NCBI GenBank assembly: GCA_934647235.1
Contig: CAKUFG010000006.1
Span: 66,950 to 98,949 of the forward strand
Origin: an uncultured Clostridia bacterium
Lineage (GTDB): Bacteria; Bacillota; Clostridia; Christensenellales; Aristaeellaceae
Direction: 5' to 3'
Length of the DNA stretch: 32,000 nucleotides
In this document: piece after piece, positions 1-9,059 of the stretch
Layout of the letters: every line of letters starts with the position of its first letter
Numbering within the stretch: the first letter of the stretch is position 1
Translations under genes and position numbers: made by a program
Notes under the pieces: model-generated
What the model was told of the DNA's origin: nothing
Databases searched by the model: none
Seen by the model: the letters and a program-made list of their open reading frames with translations, nothing else

Positions 1-1
1 C

Positions 2-970
2 AACCTGGTTGAAGCTCGTCCTACCAAGTATTCCTACCAGATGCACTTCTGCTGGGATAAGAAGAACGAAGACGGCTCTGCCGATACCAACTGGAACACC
101 GCCGTTGCCAACGAGAACTTCCGTCTGGCCCTGTACTACGGCCTGGATGTGACCGATTATCTGGCCCGCACCAACTTCATCCATCCCCTCAGCTGCCAGA
201 ACTTCTGCTACACCGCCAACGCCGTTTCTGTAAACAGCGAGGGCAAGGATTACACGCAGCTGGTTCGTGACGAGCTGGGCCTGCAGTACGACAGCGAAAA
301 GTTCGCCCGCCGCGACGAGACCAAGGCGAATGAATACAAGGCCAAGGCCATCGAAGAGCTGACTGCCGCCGGCGTTGAGCTGCCTGTCAAGATGGCGTAC
401 TACATCGCCGGTTCTTCTCAGACCGCCAAGGATACCGCCGATACCTTCGCGCAGCTGATCAGCGACTGCCTGGGTGACGATCTGGTGGTGCTGGATGTGC
501 ACACCTACGTTTCCAAGCTGAACACCGAAGTGCGTGATCCTCAGCTGGCCTCCATCTACATCAATGGTTGGGGCGCTGACTTCGCCGATCCCGTAAACTT
601 CCTGGGTCAGGAAACCTACGGCGACGATAACGCCTACTATTCCAAGGCTTACTCCAAGATCAACAACGCCACCGATGAGACCCTGATCGCCACCTATAAG
701 GAATTCACCGAACTGGTGAATACGGCCAAGGCCATCACCGATGATCTGGACGCCCGCTATGCTGCCTTCGCCAAGGCCGAAGCCTACATGCTGCAGCATG
801 CGCTGGTGATCCCCTGGAGCTACGAAGTGACCTGGAAGGTAACCTCCATCAACGAGTACTCCAAGATCTACACCGCTTACGGCAACCAGTCCGAGCGCTA
901 TGTAAACTGGGAAACCAACAGCGATCTGTACACCACCGAGGATTACGAAGCCATCAAGGCTGGCAAGTAA
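2..970 (+). CDS. Peptide (Opp/Dpp-type, family 5) ABC transporter substrate-binding protein, C-terminal part; 5' end outside window
   Basis: Frame 2 is open from base 2 through the listed ATG at 41, so the ORF is cut by the window edge. The sequence resembles an SBP C-terminal lobe. OppB/OppC/OppDF-like genes follow, and a hairpin terminator sits after the stop. Confidence 0.8.
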   Translation, partial: NLVEARPTKYSYQMHFCWDKKNEDGSADTNWNTAVANENFRLALYYGLDVTDYLARTNFIHPLSCQNFCYTANAVSVNSEGKDYTQLVRDELGLQYDSEKFARRDETKANEYKAKAIEELTAAGVELPVKMAYYIAGSSQTAKDTADTFAQLISDCLGDDLVVLDVHTYVSKLNTEVRDPQLASIYINGWGADFADPVNFLGQETYGDDNAYYSKAYSKINNATDETLIATYKEFTELVNTAKAITDDLDARYAAFAKAEAYMLQHALVIPWSYEVTWKVTSINEYSKIYTAYGNQSERYVNWETNSDLYTTEDYEAIKAGK

Positions 971-988
971 TTTTCACTTAAAACCGAA

Positions 989-1022
989 GGAGCGGCCTTC
1001 TTTCGGGAAGGCCGCCCCTTTT
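989..1022 (+). terminator. Rho-independent terminator/attenuator after the SBP gene
   Basis: GGAGCGGCCTTC (989-1000) pairs with GAAGGCCGCCCC (1007-1018): a 12-bp stem with one mismatch and a 6-nt loop, followed by TTTT (1019-1022). Confidence 0.75.
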
Positions 1023-1060
1023 CCCATTTTAACGGCGGCGTTTTTGCCAACGCAAGGGTG

Positions 1061-1109
1061 CTGTTTTAGGGCATTATCGCAGCCTATGGGCGATAATGCC
1101 CTAAAACAG
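1061..1109 (+). promoter_or_regulatory. Perfect 20-bp inverted repeat (stem-loop) between the SBP gene and the first permease gene
   Basis: CTGTTTTAGGGCATTATCGC (1061-1080), 9-nt loop, GCGATAATGCCCTAAAACAG (1090-1109). No T-run follows. Confidence 0.7.
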
Positions 1110-1136
1110 TAATTATGCAGCAAAGGGGATGAACCG

Positions 1137-2126
1137 ATGGCAAAGTACATTTTGAAGCGTTTAGCGCAGTCCCTGCTGACAATCTTTCTGGTTGTCTGCG
1201 TGGTATTTCTGCTGATGCGTCTTTTGCCAAACGATTATTATTTCACCGAGGAACAGCTGATTAAGCTGACCGACGAGCAGCAGCATGACATCCTGGAAAA
1301 GGCGGGCATGCTGGATCATCCCCTGGTGCAGCTGGGCCGTTATTTGAAGGGCATTCTTCTGCATGGCGATTTTGGCGTATCCCACCGTATCCAGACGGGC
1401 AAGAGCGTGACCTCCATCATCGCCAGCCGCTTTGGCATTTCGATGCGTCTGGGCCTGATCGCGCTGGTGTTCTCGCTCCTGATCGGCGTGCCCTCGGGCA
1501 TCCTGCAGGCGCGGTTCAAGGACGGCCTGTACGATCACATCGGCACGGCCTTCACCATCTTTATCAACGCGGTGCCGCATCTGGTATCCTACTCGCTGGT
1601 GATGGTGTTCGGCGCGCGGCTGCTGGGGCTGCCCAGCATGTATTCCGGCCGCAAGGTGTGGAAGTTCATGCTGTTTGGCATGCAGTGCAAGTTCAATTAT
1701 TCGCAGATCCTGCCCATCATCTGCCTGTCGCTGGGCTCCATCGCCAGCTATATGCTGTGGATGCGCCGCTACATGGTGGATGAGCTGAACAAGGATTATA
1801 TCCGCCTGGCCAAGCTGAAGGGTCTGTCCAGCACGCGGGTGATGTTCAGCCACGTGATGAAAAACGCCTTCCTGCCCCTGGCGCAGTACCTGCCCTACTC
1901 GGTGCTGCTGACGGTGGGCGGCTCCATCCTGGTGGAGCGCTTCTTCTCCGTGCCGGGCATCGGCAACCTGCTGCCCGACGCCATCGCCAAGTTTGACGTA
2001 AACTGCGTGCAGGCGCTGGTCATCCTGTACGCCTCGCTGGGCATTATCGGCCTGTTCCTGGGCGATCTGCTGATGACGCTGCTGGATCCCCGCATTTCGC
2101 TGGTTGAGAAAGGAGGCACGCGCTGA
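1137..2126 (+). CDS. Peptide ABC transporter permease (OppB/DppB-like)
   Basis: 329-aa ORF with an OppB-like N-terminus (MAKYILKRLAQSLLTIFLV) and multiple hydrophobic spans. AAGGGGA RBS upstream. The stop overlaps the next start (TGATG). Confidence 0.9.
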   Translation: MAKYILKRLAQSLLTIFLVVCVVFLLMRLLPNDYYFTEEQLIKLTDEQQHDILEKAGMLDHPLVQLGRYLKGILLHGDFGVSHRIQTGKSVTSIIASRFGISMRLGLIALVFSLLIGVPSGILQARFKDGLYDHIGTAFTIFINAVPHLVSYSLVMVFGARLLGLPSMYSGRKVWKFMLFGMQCKFNYSQILPIICLSLGSIASYMLWMRRYMVDELNKDYIRLAKLKGLSSTRVMFSHVMKNAFLPLAQYLPYSVLLTVGGSILVERFFSVPGIGNLLPDAIAKFDVNCVQALVILYASLGIIGLFLGDLLMTLLDPRISLVEKGGTR

Positions 2127-3145
2127 TGTCCAAGAGAATGATTGTAGATCTGGATGTGGATAAAACCGCGATTGACACCAATCTGGATAAGCGGTATCAT
2201 TTAGGCAGCGTGCATTCCGATGCGCGCGCGCAGATGCCCGAAAAGCAGCTGTTCAGCTTTGCCGAGTACAAGGCGCAGGACGCCGAGCGCATCGGCTACA
2301 GCAACTATTCCTACTGGAAAAGCGTATGGCAGAACTTTTTGAAGAAAAAGTCCGCCGTGTTCATGGCCATCGTTTTCGTGCTGCTGTTCATCTTCACCTT
2401 TGTGGCGGTGAAAATCAGCAGGTTTGACGCCAACAGCCTGCGCATCGATACCAAGCTGATGTTTACCAGCCCGAACAAGGAATTCTGGTTTGGCACTGAT
2501 AACCTGGGCCGCGATTACTGGAGCCAGGTGTGGAGCGCCACGCGCACATCCATCCTGCTGTCGGTGTTGGTATCGCTGGGGCAGATCTTCGTGGGCGTGT
2601 GCATCGGCCTGGTATGGGGCTATGTGCGCAAGCTGGATCGCTTCTTTACCGAGCTGTACAACTTTATCGACAATATCCCCACGATCATCTATATGACCCT
2701 GATTGCCCTGATGGTGGGCAAGAGCACGCTGATTATGGGCGTCGCCATGATCGCCTTCTATTGGCTGGGCACGGCGCGCAATGTGCGCAACCTTGTGTTC
2801 ATGTACCGTGACCGCGAATATAACCTGGCCTCCCGCTGCCTGGGCACGCCGCTGATGCGCATCCTGGGCCGCAACATTTTCCCGTATCTGGTCAGCGTAA
2901 TCATCCTGCGCCTGGCGCTGTCCATTCCGGGCATCATCGCCTATGAAACCACGCTGTCCTACCTGGGCTTGCTGGATATCTCCACGCCCTCGCTGGGCAT
3001 CCTGCTGCGCAACGCCCGCAGCTATTTCCTGGATTATCCTTACCTGCTGGTTTTCCCCGCGGCCATCGTATCGCTGATTACCATTACCTTCTACCTGGTG
3101 GGTAATGCGTTCTCCGATGCGTGCGACCCGCGCAACCATGTGTAA
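2126..3145 (+). CDS. Peptide ABC transporter permease (OppC/DppC-like)
   Basis: 339-aa ORF with a long hydrophilic N-terminus followed by TM spans, as in OppC. The start is coupled to the oppB-like stop. Confidence 0.9.
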   Translation: MSKRMIVDLDVDKTAIDTNLDKRYHLGSVHSDARAQMPEKQLFSFAEYKAQDAERIGYSNYSYWKSVWQNFLKKKSAVFMAIVFVLLFIFTFVAVKISRFDANSLRIDTKLMFTSPNKEFWFGTDNLGRDYWSQVWSATRTSILLSVLVSLGQIFVGVCIGLVWGYVRKLDRFFTELYNFIDNIPTIIYMTLIALMVGKSTLIMGVAMIAFYWLGTARNVRNLVFMYRDREYNLASRCLGTPLMRILGRNIFPYLVSVIILRLALSIPGIIAYETTLSYLGLLDISTPSLGILLRNARSYFLDYPYLLVFPAAIVSLITITFYLVGNAFSDACDPRNHV

Positions 3146-3159
3146 GGGGAGGGGACAAG

Positions 3160-5226
3160 ATGAGCGAACAGGTCATTGAAAAATACGGCATCAATTTTGA
3201 GGAGCGCGCCAAGCAGATCCTGAGCACCGAGCCGATTCTGGCCGCCAAGGATCTGGAGGTGCAGTTCACCCTGCGCGGCGAAAAGCTGAACGCCATCCGC
3301 AAGTGCTCCCTGGAATTGTATGACGGCGAAACGCTGGCCATCGTGGGCGAGTCCGGCTCGGGCAAGTCCGTGTTTACCAAGTGCTTTGTGGGCATGCTGG
3401 ATAAAAACGGCTCCATCACCGGCGGCTCCATCCTGTATAACGGCCAGGATCTGACCAAGTTTACCACCGAGAAGGAATGGCGCACCATCCGCGGCGGCAA
3501 GATCGCCATGGTGACGCAGGATCCCATGACCAGCCTGAACCCGCTGAAGAAGATCGGCGTGCAGATTCAGGAGGCCATCGAGCTGCATCAGGGCATGCGC
3601 GGCCGAGAGGCCAAGCGCGAGGCCATCCACATGCTGGAGCTGGTGGGTATCCCCGATCCTGAGCGCCGCTATAATCAGTATCCGCATGAGTTTTCCGGCG
3701 GCATGCGCCAGCGCGTGGTCATCGCCATCGCCGTGGCCTGCCGTCCGCAGATCCTGATCTGCGACGAGCCGACCACCGCCCTGGATGTGACCATCCAGGC
3801 GCAGATTTTGGATTTGATCCGCAAGCTGCAGCGCGAGCAGCACATGACCATCATCTATATTACCCACGACCTGGGCGTGGTGGCCAACGTGGCCGACCGT
3901 GTGGCGGTTATGTACGCCGGCCAGATTGTGGAAATCGGCATGGTCAACGAGATTTTCTTCGATGCATGGCATCCCTACACCTGGGCGCTGCTGGGCGCGC
4001 TGCCGCAGCTGGGCGTCAAGGGCGAAAAGCTGCCCGCCATCGATGGTACCCCGCCGAACCTGTTCAACAAGGTGGTGGGCGATTCCTTCGCCCCCCGCAA
4101 CCATCAGGCGCTCAACATCGATTTCCTGGAGGAGCCGCCGCTCTTTGACGTGACGCCCACGCACCAGGCCAAGACCTGGATGCTGGATCCGCGCGCGCCC
4201 AAGATCAACCAGCCCGATACCATCCGTAAGCTCAGCAGCCAGCACCTGATGGACGCCGAGCCCATCTCCCATATGGATCATCCCCATCTGCGGCCCGACC
4301 GTGAGCCGCTGATCGAGGTGAAGGATCTGCAGATCACCTTTGGCTCGGGCAAAAAGAAGTTTGTGGCCGTGGACGATGTAAACTTCACCATCTACCGCGG
4401 CGAAACCTTCTCGCTGGTGGGCGAGTCCGGCTCGGGCAAAACCACCATCGGCCGCGCCATCGTGCGCATCAATCCCGTCACCAACGGCGAGGTGCTCTTC
4501 AAGGGCCGCCGCATCAGCGGCAAGATCAGCAAGGAGCTGGATAACGAGGTTATCCGCAGCTGCCAGATGATCTTCCAGGATCCCATGGCCTCGCTGAACG
4601 AGCGCGCCAAGGTGGATTATATCGTATCCGAGGGCATCATCAATTATCACCTGTACAAGGATAACAAGGATCGCGTGGATAAGGTGCAGCACGCGCTGGA
4701 GGAAGTTGGCCTGCTGCCTGAGTTCTCCAGCCGCTTCCCGCACGAGTTCTCGGGCGGCCAGCGTCAGCGCATCGGCATTGCCCGCAGCCTGATCATGCAG
4801 CCGGAGTTCATCGTGGCCGACGAGCCCATCTCCGCCCTGGACGTATCCATCCGCGCGCAGGTGCTGAACCTGCTGAACGAGCTGAAGAAAAAGCGCAACC
4901 TGACCTACCTTTTCATCGCGCATGATCTGAGCGTGGTGCGCTTTATTTCCGATCGTATTGCGGTCATTCACAAGGGCCGCATCGTGGAGCTGGCCGAGGC
5001 GGAGGAGCTGTTCCGCCATCCGCTGCATCCCTATACCCGTGCGCTGCTGTCGGCCGTGCCCAATCCCAATCCCTATCTGGAGCGCAGCAAGAAGCTGCTG
5101 GTGTACGATCCGTCGGTGCACGACTACTCGGTGGATAAGCCGGAGTGGTGCGAGATTTTGCCCGACCACTTTGTATACGGCAACGCGCCCGAGCTGGACG
5201 GCTACCGCAAGGAGCTGGGTCTGTAA
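3160..5226 (+). CDS. Tandem-fused peptide ABC transporter ATPase (OppD+OppF in one chain, GsiA-like)
   Basis: Two Walker A motifs ([16 protein letters not shown]) and two signature motifs ([16 protein letters not shown]). ATG at 3160 is preferred over the listed GTG at 3121 because AAGGGGAGGGG lies 5-15 nt upstream. Confidence 0.9.
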   Translation: MSEQVIEKYGINFEERAKQILSTEPILAAKDLEVQFTLRGEKLNAIRKCSLELYDGETLAIVGESGSGKSVFTKCFVGMLDKNGSITGGSILYNGQDLTKFTTEKEWRTIRGGKIAMVTQDPMTSLNPLKKIGVQIQEAIELHQGMRGREAKREAIHMLELVGIPDPERRYNQYPHEFSGGMRQRVVIAIAVACRPQILICDEPTTALDVTIQAQILDLIRKLQREQHMTIIYITHDLGVVANVADRVAVMYAGQIVEIGMVNEIFFDAWHPYTWALLGALPQLGVKGEKLPAIDGTPPNLFNKVVGDSFAPRNHQALNIDFLEEPPLFDVTPTHQAKTWMLDPRAPKINQPDTIRKLSSQHLMDAEPISHMDHPHLRPDREPLIEVKDLQITFGSGKKKFVAVDDVNFTIYRGETFSLVGESGSGKTTIGRAIVRINPVTNGEVLFKGRRISGKISKELDNEVIRSCQMIFQDPMASLNERAKVDYIVSEGIINYHLYKDNKDRVDKVQHALEEVGLLPEFSSRFPHEFSGGQRQRIGIARSLIMQPEFIVADEPISALDVSIRAQVLNLLNELKKKRNLTYLFIAHDLSVVRFISDRIAVIHKGRIVELAEAEELFRHPLHPYTRALLSAVPNPNPYLERSKKLLVYDPSVHDYSVDKPEWCEILPDHFVYGNAPELDGYRKELGL

Positions 5227-5240
5227 GCAAATGATAAACG

Positions 5241-5278
5241 CCCCCGGCTGTTTCGCATGAGACGGCCGGGGGTTTTTC
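5241..5278 (+). terminator. Rho-independent terminator after the opp operon
   Basis: CCCCCGGC (5241-5248) pairs with GCCGGGGG (5265-5272), followed by TTTTT. Confidence 0.7.
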
Positions 5279-5355
5279 GTTATGGCGCGGGCGATGGAGA
5301 GCGGCGAAAAATTTGCTATCCTGTGCTCAGGTACTTTTTTGAAGGGGGCGTGCGC

Positions 5356-6111
5356 GTGAAACGGCTGCTGTGTCTATTGCTTGCGCTGATGCTGATACCC
5401 TGCGCGAGTGCGCTGGGCGAGGAGGACGACGGTACGATGGAATTCAAAAGCCTGCTTCGCGGCAGAATCCTTGAAATTCTGAATGCATGGCCTGCGAAGG
5501 ATCAATACGCGATCATGTTTTTTATCTATCCCAACGAGGCCCATACCTATCGGGGCTATTCCAACCTGACGGAATTTCAAATGCTGTATAAATGCGAATC
5601 GGATATGGGCAAGCATACCAATCCCTTTTTCGCGCCTGCGGATGAGAACGAGGAGCGCTGGAATCCGGCGTATTGGGACATGGATTTGAAGCAGCCCGTG
5701 ATTTCCTATTGGGAGCCAAACCAATATGCGGAAGCGCTGATCGACTGGTATGAAGCTGCGGGCGTGCAGCGGATTGGCTATGAGGATCACACGCTGGATT
5801 ACGACAGCGAAATGCGCTATATCGGCAAGGGCCCCAACGGCCTGCCCGAGCTTTTGAGCCTGATTGCGGACATTGCCGCGGAGCTGCAAACGGACGGCGT
5901 CATCGAGAAGAAATTCGGCAGGAGGATCCCCATCATCCTGGCTGATCTGGAAACCGCCTGGTATATGATCGAAGCGACGCAGGCCGCCAATCCAAACGGC
6001 GAGGCGGACGCTTATTTGCAGGCCTGCAAACGGCAGGCAGAGCAAGCCGAAGCCATGCGGGAAATGTATGCAAATGAAATCGAAGAGCTGATGAAGCGGC
6101 GCAATAAGTAA
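5356..6111 (+). CDS. Hypothetical exported protein (signal peptide; possible lipoprotein)
   Basis: GTG at 5356 is preceded by GAAGGGGG. The listed ATG at 5257 lies inside the upstream terminator, so it is rejected. The N-terminus VKRLLCLLLALMLIPCASALGEE looks like a signal peptide. No family recognised. Confidence 0.6.
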   Translation: MKRLLCLLLALMLIPCASALGEEDDGTMEFKSLLRGRILEILNAWPAKDQYAIMFFIYPNEAHTYRGYSNLTEFQMLYKCESDMGKHTNPFFAPADENEERWNPAYWDMDLKQPVISYWEPNQYAEALIDWYEAAGVQRIGYEDHTLDYDSEMRYIGKGPNGLPELLSLIADIAAELQTDGVIEKKFGRRIPIILADLETAWYMIEATQAANPNGEADAYLQACKRQAEQAEAMREMYANEIEELMKRRNK

Positions 6112-6113
6112 AT

Positions 6114-6154
6114 AAAAACACACCTTCGCAAGTTTTCCCTGCGAAGGTGTTTTA
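6114..6154. terminator. Bidirectional terminator between convergent genes
   Basis: ACACCTTCGCA (6120-6130) pairs with TGCGAAGGTGT (6140-6150). An A-run lies upstream and TTTT downstream. Confidence 0.75.
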
Positions 6155-6162
6155 CTTTAGGG

Positions 6163-6720
6163 TTATTTCAGCTCGCTCTTGTTCAGCACATGCCGCAGCG
6201 CGGGCAGCATGGCCTTGTACAGGATGGGCGCGGCGACGATGGCCACGCCGGCGTTGATGATGGAGGGGATAAACTTGCTCAGCATCGTCGCCCACACGGT
6301 GTTCATGGGATAGCCGTACACAAAGGCCTGATAAATAAAGGTCTTGAGCATGTACAGCGCCACATAGGTCAGCGCGCCGCACACCGCCGCCACGATGGCG
6401 CGGACAAAGCCCTCATTGCGGGTATCCCTGCTCCACAGCACGCGGGCGCACACCCAGGCCATCATGAACTTGCTGACGAAGGTGATCAGGATGTTGATCA
6501 CATCGTAGCCATGGAAAGCGTCATACAGCGCGGAGCCCAGGCCCGCGGCCAGGCCGCCGTACACGCCGCCAAACAGCATGCCAGACAGCAGGCACATGGC
6601 GTTGGCAAAGTGCACCTTGGAGCCCAGCAGGGGGAAACGAAACAGCGTAACCACATAGACAATGGCGGCCATCACGCCTGTGAAGGCCAGGGTATAGGCG
6701 TTCATACGTTGCTTTTTCAT
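6163..6720 (-). CDS. ECF-transporter S-component-like membrane protein (substrate unknown)
   Basis: Start at the internal ATG (MKKQRMNAYTLAF...) with a GGGAGG RBS. About 185 aa, with 5-6 hydrophobic spans and Gly-rich helices typical of S components. Confidence 0.65.
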   Translation of the reverse strand: MKKQRMNAYTLAFTGVMAAIVYVVTLFRFPLLGSKVHFANAMCLLSGMLFGGVYGGLAAGLGSALYDAFHGYDVINILITFVSKFMMAWVCARVLWSRDTRNEGFVRAIVAAVCGALTYVALYMLKTFIYQAFVYGYPMNTVWATMLSKFIPSIINAGVAIVAAPILYKAMLPALRHVLNKSELK

Positions 6721-6757
6721 AGCGAAGCCTCCCGGTTTCTGAAGAATACAGCCGCTA

Positions 6758-7423
6758 TCATAGCACAGTTTCATTGCCTGCGCAAGACGGCGCGGTGTCT
6801 TTCTCTCGTTTCCCCGCGCGCTGCACAATGCCGATCAGCTGCCCGGACAGAATGACCGTCAGCAGCGAATACAGGATGCGCCGCAGCGGGATGTAGGTGA
6901 GCGACAGCCCCAGCACGATCAGATCGCTGATCAGATAAATCCACTGGATGGGAATGCGGGTCACATGCTCCAGGCTCATGGACAGCGCATCGTCCCCGCC
7001 CGGCGCGCCGCCCGCGCGCACGCACAGTCCCACGCCCACGCCCACGAACATCGCGCCCGCCACCGCGGCGATCAGCGGGTGCTCGGATAATTCGGGAACC
7101 AGGATAGGAAACTGCTCAAACACGGCGTAAAACAGCGAAAAAGCGCCGCCCGCCACGATGGAGCGCGCCACGAACCCGCGCCCCAGCAGCCGCCAGCCCA
7201 GCAGGTAGCAGGCGGCGTTGAGAATCAGCGAGCTGACAGAGGGCGATATGCCCAGCCAGTGATGCCCCAGCAGCGTCAGCCCCAGCACGCCGCCCTCGGT
7301 TACGCCCGATATGGAGTGCACCTGATACAGCCCGAAGGCCAGGATGGCGCTGCCAGACAGCAGCAAAAACAGCTCCCTGCGCGTGACGGCCAGGGAGGCG
7401 AAAAGCGCCTTGATTTTTTTCAT
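6758..7423 (-). CDS. YitT/YczE-family integral membrane protein
   Basis: Start at the internal ATG (MKKIKALFASL...) with a GAAAGGG RBS. Polytopic protein with YitT-like GG-rich helices. Lies 37 nt upstream of the S-component gene, so they probably form an operon. Confidence 0.65.
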   Translation of the reverse strand: MKKIKALFASLAVTRRELFLLLSGSAILAFGLYQVHSISGVTEGGVLGLTLLGHHWLGISPSVSSLILNAACYLLGWRLLGRGFVARSIVAGGAFSLFYAVFEQFPILVPELSEHPLIAAVAGAMFVGVGVGLCVRAGGAPGGDDALSMSLEHVTRIPIQWIYLISDLIVLGLSLTYIPLRRILYSLLTVILSGQLIGIVQRAGKREKDTAPSCAGNETVL

Positions 7424-7578
7424 TTTCAAAATACCCTTTCTGTGCCGGTCAAAATAAAAAGCAGCGCAAAAAGAGCCTATGACGGCGGACGTTTCTTCAG
7501 GCAGCGCGCAGCCGCTGCGGGACAGGGCAAAATAAAACCTCCCTTTCATCAGGCGGGGAAAATCAGTAAATCCTATAT

Positions 7579-7607
7579 AGTATAGCAGAAAAACCTCGCG
7601 CCGTCAA
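7579..7607 (-). promoter_or_regulatory. Sigma-70-type promoter for the YitT/S-component operon
   Basis: On the minus strand: TTGACG, 17 nt, TATACT. It sits about 155 nt upstream of the start codon. Confidence 0.55.
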
Positions 7608-7617
7608 AGCCGGGCAA

Positions 7618-7709
7618 GAAAGGGGACGAGGGGGCGAGAAAGGGGACGAGGGGGTACGTTACTTTCTTCACTGAAGAAAGTAACGTTCCCTTCGTTCTTT
7701 CCGTCCTCC
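7618..7709. repeat. Solo T element: two tandem purine-rich 20-mers, a 31-nt perfect palindrome and a pyrimidine-rich arm
   Basis: GAAAGGGGACGAGGGGG occurs twice (7618-7634, 7638-7654). The palindrome ACGTTACTTTCTTCACTGAAGAAAGTAACGT spans 7656-7686. TCCCTTCGTTCTTTCCGTCCTCC (7687-7709) ends directly at the GNAT stop codon. Confidence 0.85.
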
Positions 7710-8498
7710 TTAGAGCAGCGGGTACGCCTTGGGCGGCACGCCATGCGCGCGCAGCACCGCGTTCAGCCGCGCCATCGCGTCGTCATCCATGCCCGGCAGG
7801 GCGTGGATTTCGCGGGTGCTGAAACGGTTGAAATCGGGCAGATAGGCAATGCCAAGCGCACGCATGGCCTGCACGGCCTCGGCGGGCAGGCAGGCAAAGG
7901 CCAGCTCCGCTGCGGGCCGCTGCGCCGGGGTCTTGTAGGGCAGGGTGGCCTCATAGGCCGCCGCCTTGGCGGGATCCACCTCAAAAATGGGATCCTCGCG
8001 CCACACGCCGCTCACACCGTCCAGCGCGCTGGGCTGCAGCGCCATCGCCATCAGCGCGTCGCCCACGCCGTAATCATCGCTGATGCCGTATTCCCGCGCC
8101 GGACGGAAGCCAAAGCGCGGATAGTAATCAGGATGCCCGTGCAGGCACACGATGCCAAACCCCATGGCGCGCGCCTGGTCCAGCGCGTAGCGCAGCAGCG
8201 CCCCGCCCACGCCGCGGCCCTTCCAATCGGGCGCCACGCTGAGCGGGCCGAAGGTAATCGCATCGTGCCGCTGGCCATCGGGGCTGTCGATGCTGCCGTG
8301 GCTGAACATCACGTTTGCGATCACGCGGCCATCCTGCTCGGCCACGAAATCCAGCTCGGGGATAAAGCACGGCGCGTCGCGCAGGATGTGCGCCAGGTAG
8401 TGTTCAACGCAGCCCGGCTCAAACTCGCCCCAGAAGGCGTCGCGGGTCAGCAGCTCGACGGTGTAAAAATCCTGTTTATTTTCAAGACGAATATTCAT
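7710..8498 (-). CDS. GNAT-family N-acetyltransferase with a C-terminal extension of about 95 aa
   Basis: ATG at 8498 (MNIRLENKQDF...) lies 8 nt after GGAGG. GNAT core motif RGRGVGGALLRYAL. The C-terminal tail has helix-hairpin-helix-like repeats. Confidence 0.8.
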   Translation of the reverse strand: MNIRLENKQDFYTVELLTRDAFWGEFEPGCVEHYLAHILRDAPCFIPELDFVAEQDGRVIANVMFSHGSIDSPDGQRHDAITFGPLSVAPDWKGRGVGGALLRYALDQARAMGFGIVCLHGHPDYYPRFGFRPAREYGISDDYGVGDALMAMALQPSALDGVSGVWREDPIFEVDPAKAAAYEATLPYKTPAQRPAAELAFACLPAEAVQAMRALGIAYLPDFNRFSTREIHALPGMDDDAMARLNAVLRAHGVPPKAYPLL

Positions 8499-8653
8499 TT
8501 TCATTTCCTCCATATTTTGTGATAGGTGAATAGGGAGCAAGGACGAGGGGGAGAGACGAGGGGACGTTACTTTCTTCAGTGAAGAAAGTAACAAAGAACC
8601 GGTTTTGCGTAAAAGCTGCTGGAATTAAACTGAAAGACAGGATTGCTGTAGAG

Positions 8654-8777
8654 CCCCGTGGCAGGGAAAAACTTGAATCGCTCGGTCTGGAGCAAGCTCC
8701 GCCCGCGCGCTTTTGCCTTTTTCCCCTATGGCCGTGCTGCGCACGTCCGCGCCGATTAAAATCGGCGTGCCACGGGG
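8654..8777. repeat. X module, alpha type (copy X1)
   Basis: CCCCGTGGCA (8654-8663) and TGCCACGGGG (8768-8777) close a multi-hairpin domain. Confidence 0.7.
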
Positions 8778-8877
8778 GCGTAGTTGGATGCGGAACCCTT
8801 GTGCGGTGATTTGCAATAGCTGGAGAGTGTACTCACCCAAAGGCTTCTCCTTGAGGAGAGGCTCCGCCGTAGGCGGT

Positions 8878-8955
8878 GGTGAGGTGTAGACCACGCAGTG
8901 GTCGTTATCATAACTATATAAAAGATAACGCCGCTGCGGCGGCTACACCTCATCC
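8878..8955. repeat. Y module, cloverleaf-like four-way junction (copy Y-A)
   Basis: GGTGAGGTGTAG and CTACACCTCATCC close three hairpins (GACCAC-GCA-GTGGTC, GTTATC..GATAAC, CCGC-TGCG-GCGG). Confidence 0.7.
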
Positions 8956-9059
8956 GAGCGGCTAAAGCCGCCCACCTTCCCCTCCAAGGGGAAGGCTTTT
9001 GGTGACCGTTCTATCTTACACTCGCTTTCCGCTGCGTCTGATTCCCACACCCAACCACG

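Noticed and set aside
3091-5169. Very long antisense ORFs that mirror real genes: 3091-5169(-), 1161-1853(-), 2201-3139(-), 10684-11940(-), 12754-13593(-), 23081-24505(+), 24972-25982(+), 26436-28226(+), 28223-29425(-), 29931-30827(-)
   Set aside because: These are shadow ORFs, typical of G+C-rich third-position bias. Their translations are low-complexity runs rich in Gln, His, Arg, Gly and Ala. They lack RBSs. Each opposite strand encodes a clearly recognisable protein.
5257-5355. Upstream extensions of listed ORFs: starts at 5257, 6828, 7549, 8594, 10720, 15940, 19548, 24583, 26617, 28184, 29305, 29925 and 3121
   Set aside because: The extensions run through terminators or the preceding gene, have atypical composition, and lack RBSs. 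The internal starts have good Shine-Dalgarno spacing and give canonical N-termini.
7618-7657. The tandem purine-rich 20-mers as a possible CRISPR or other repeat array
   Set aside because: There are only two units and they are directly adjacent with no spacers. They form part of the element arm. No cas genes are present in the window.
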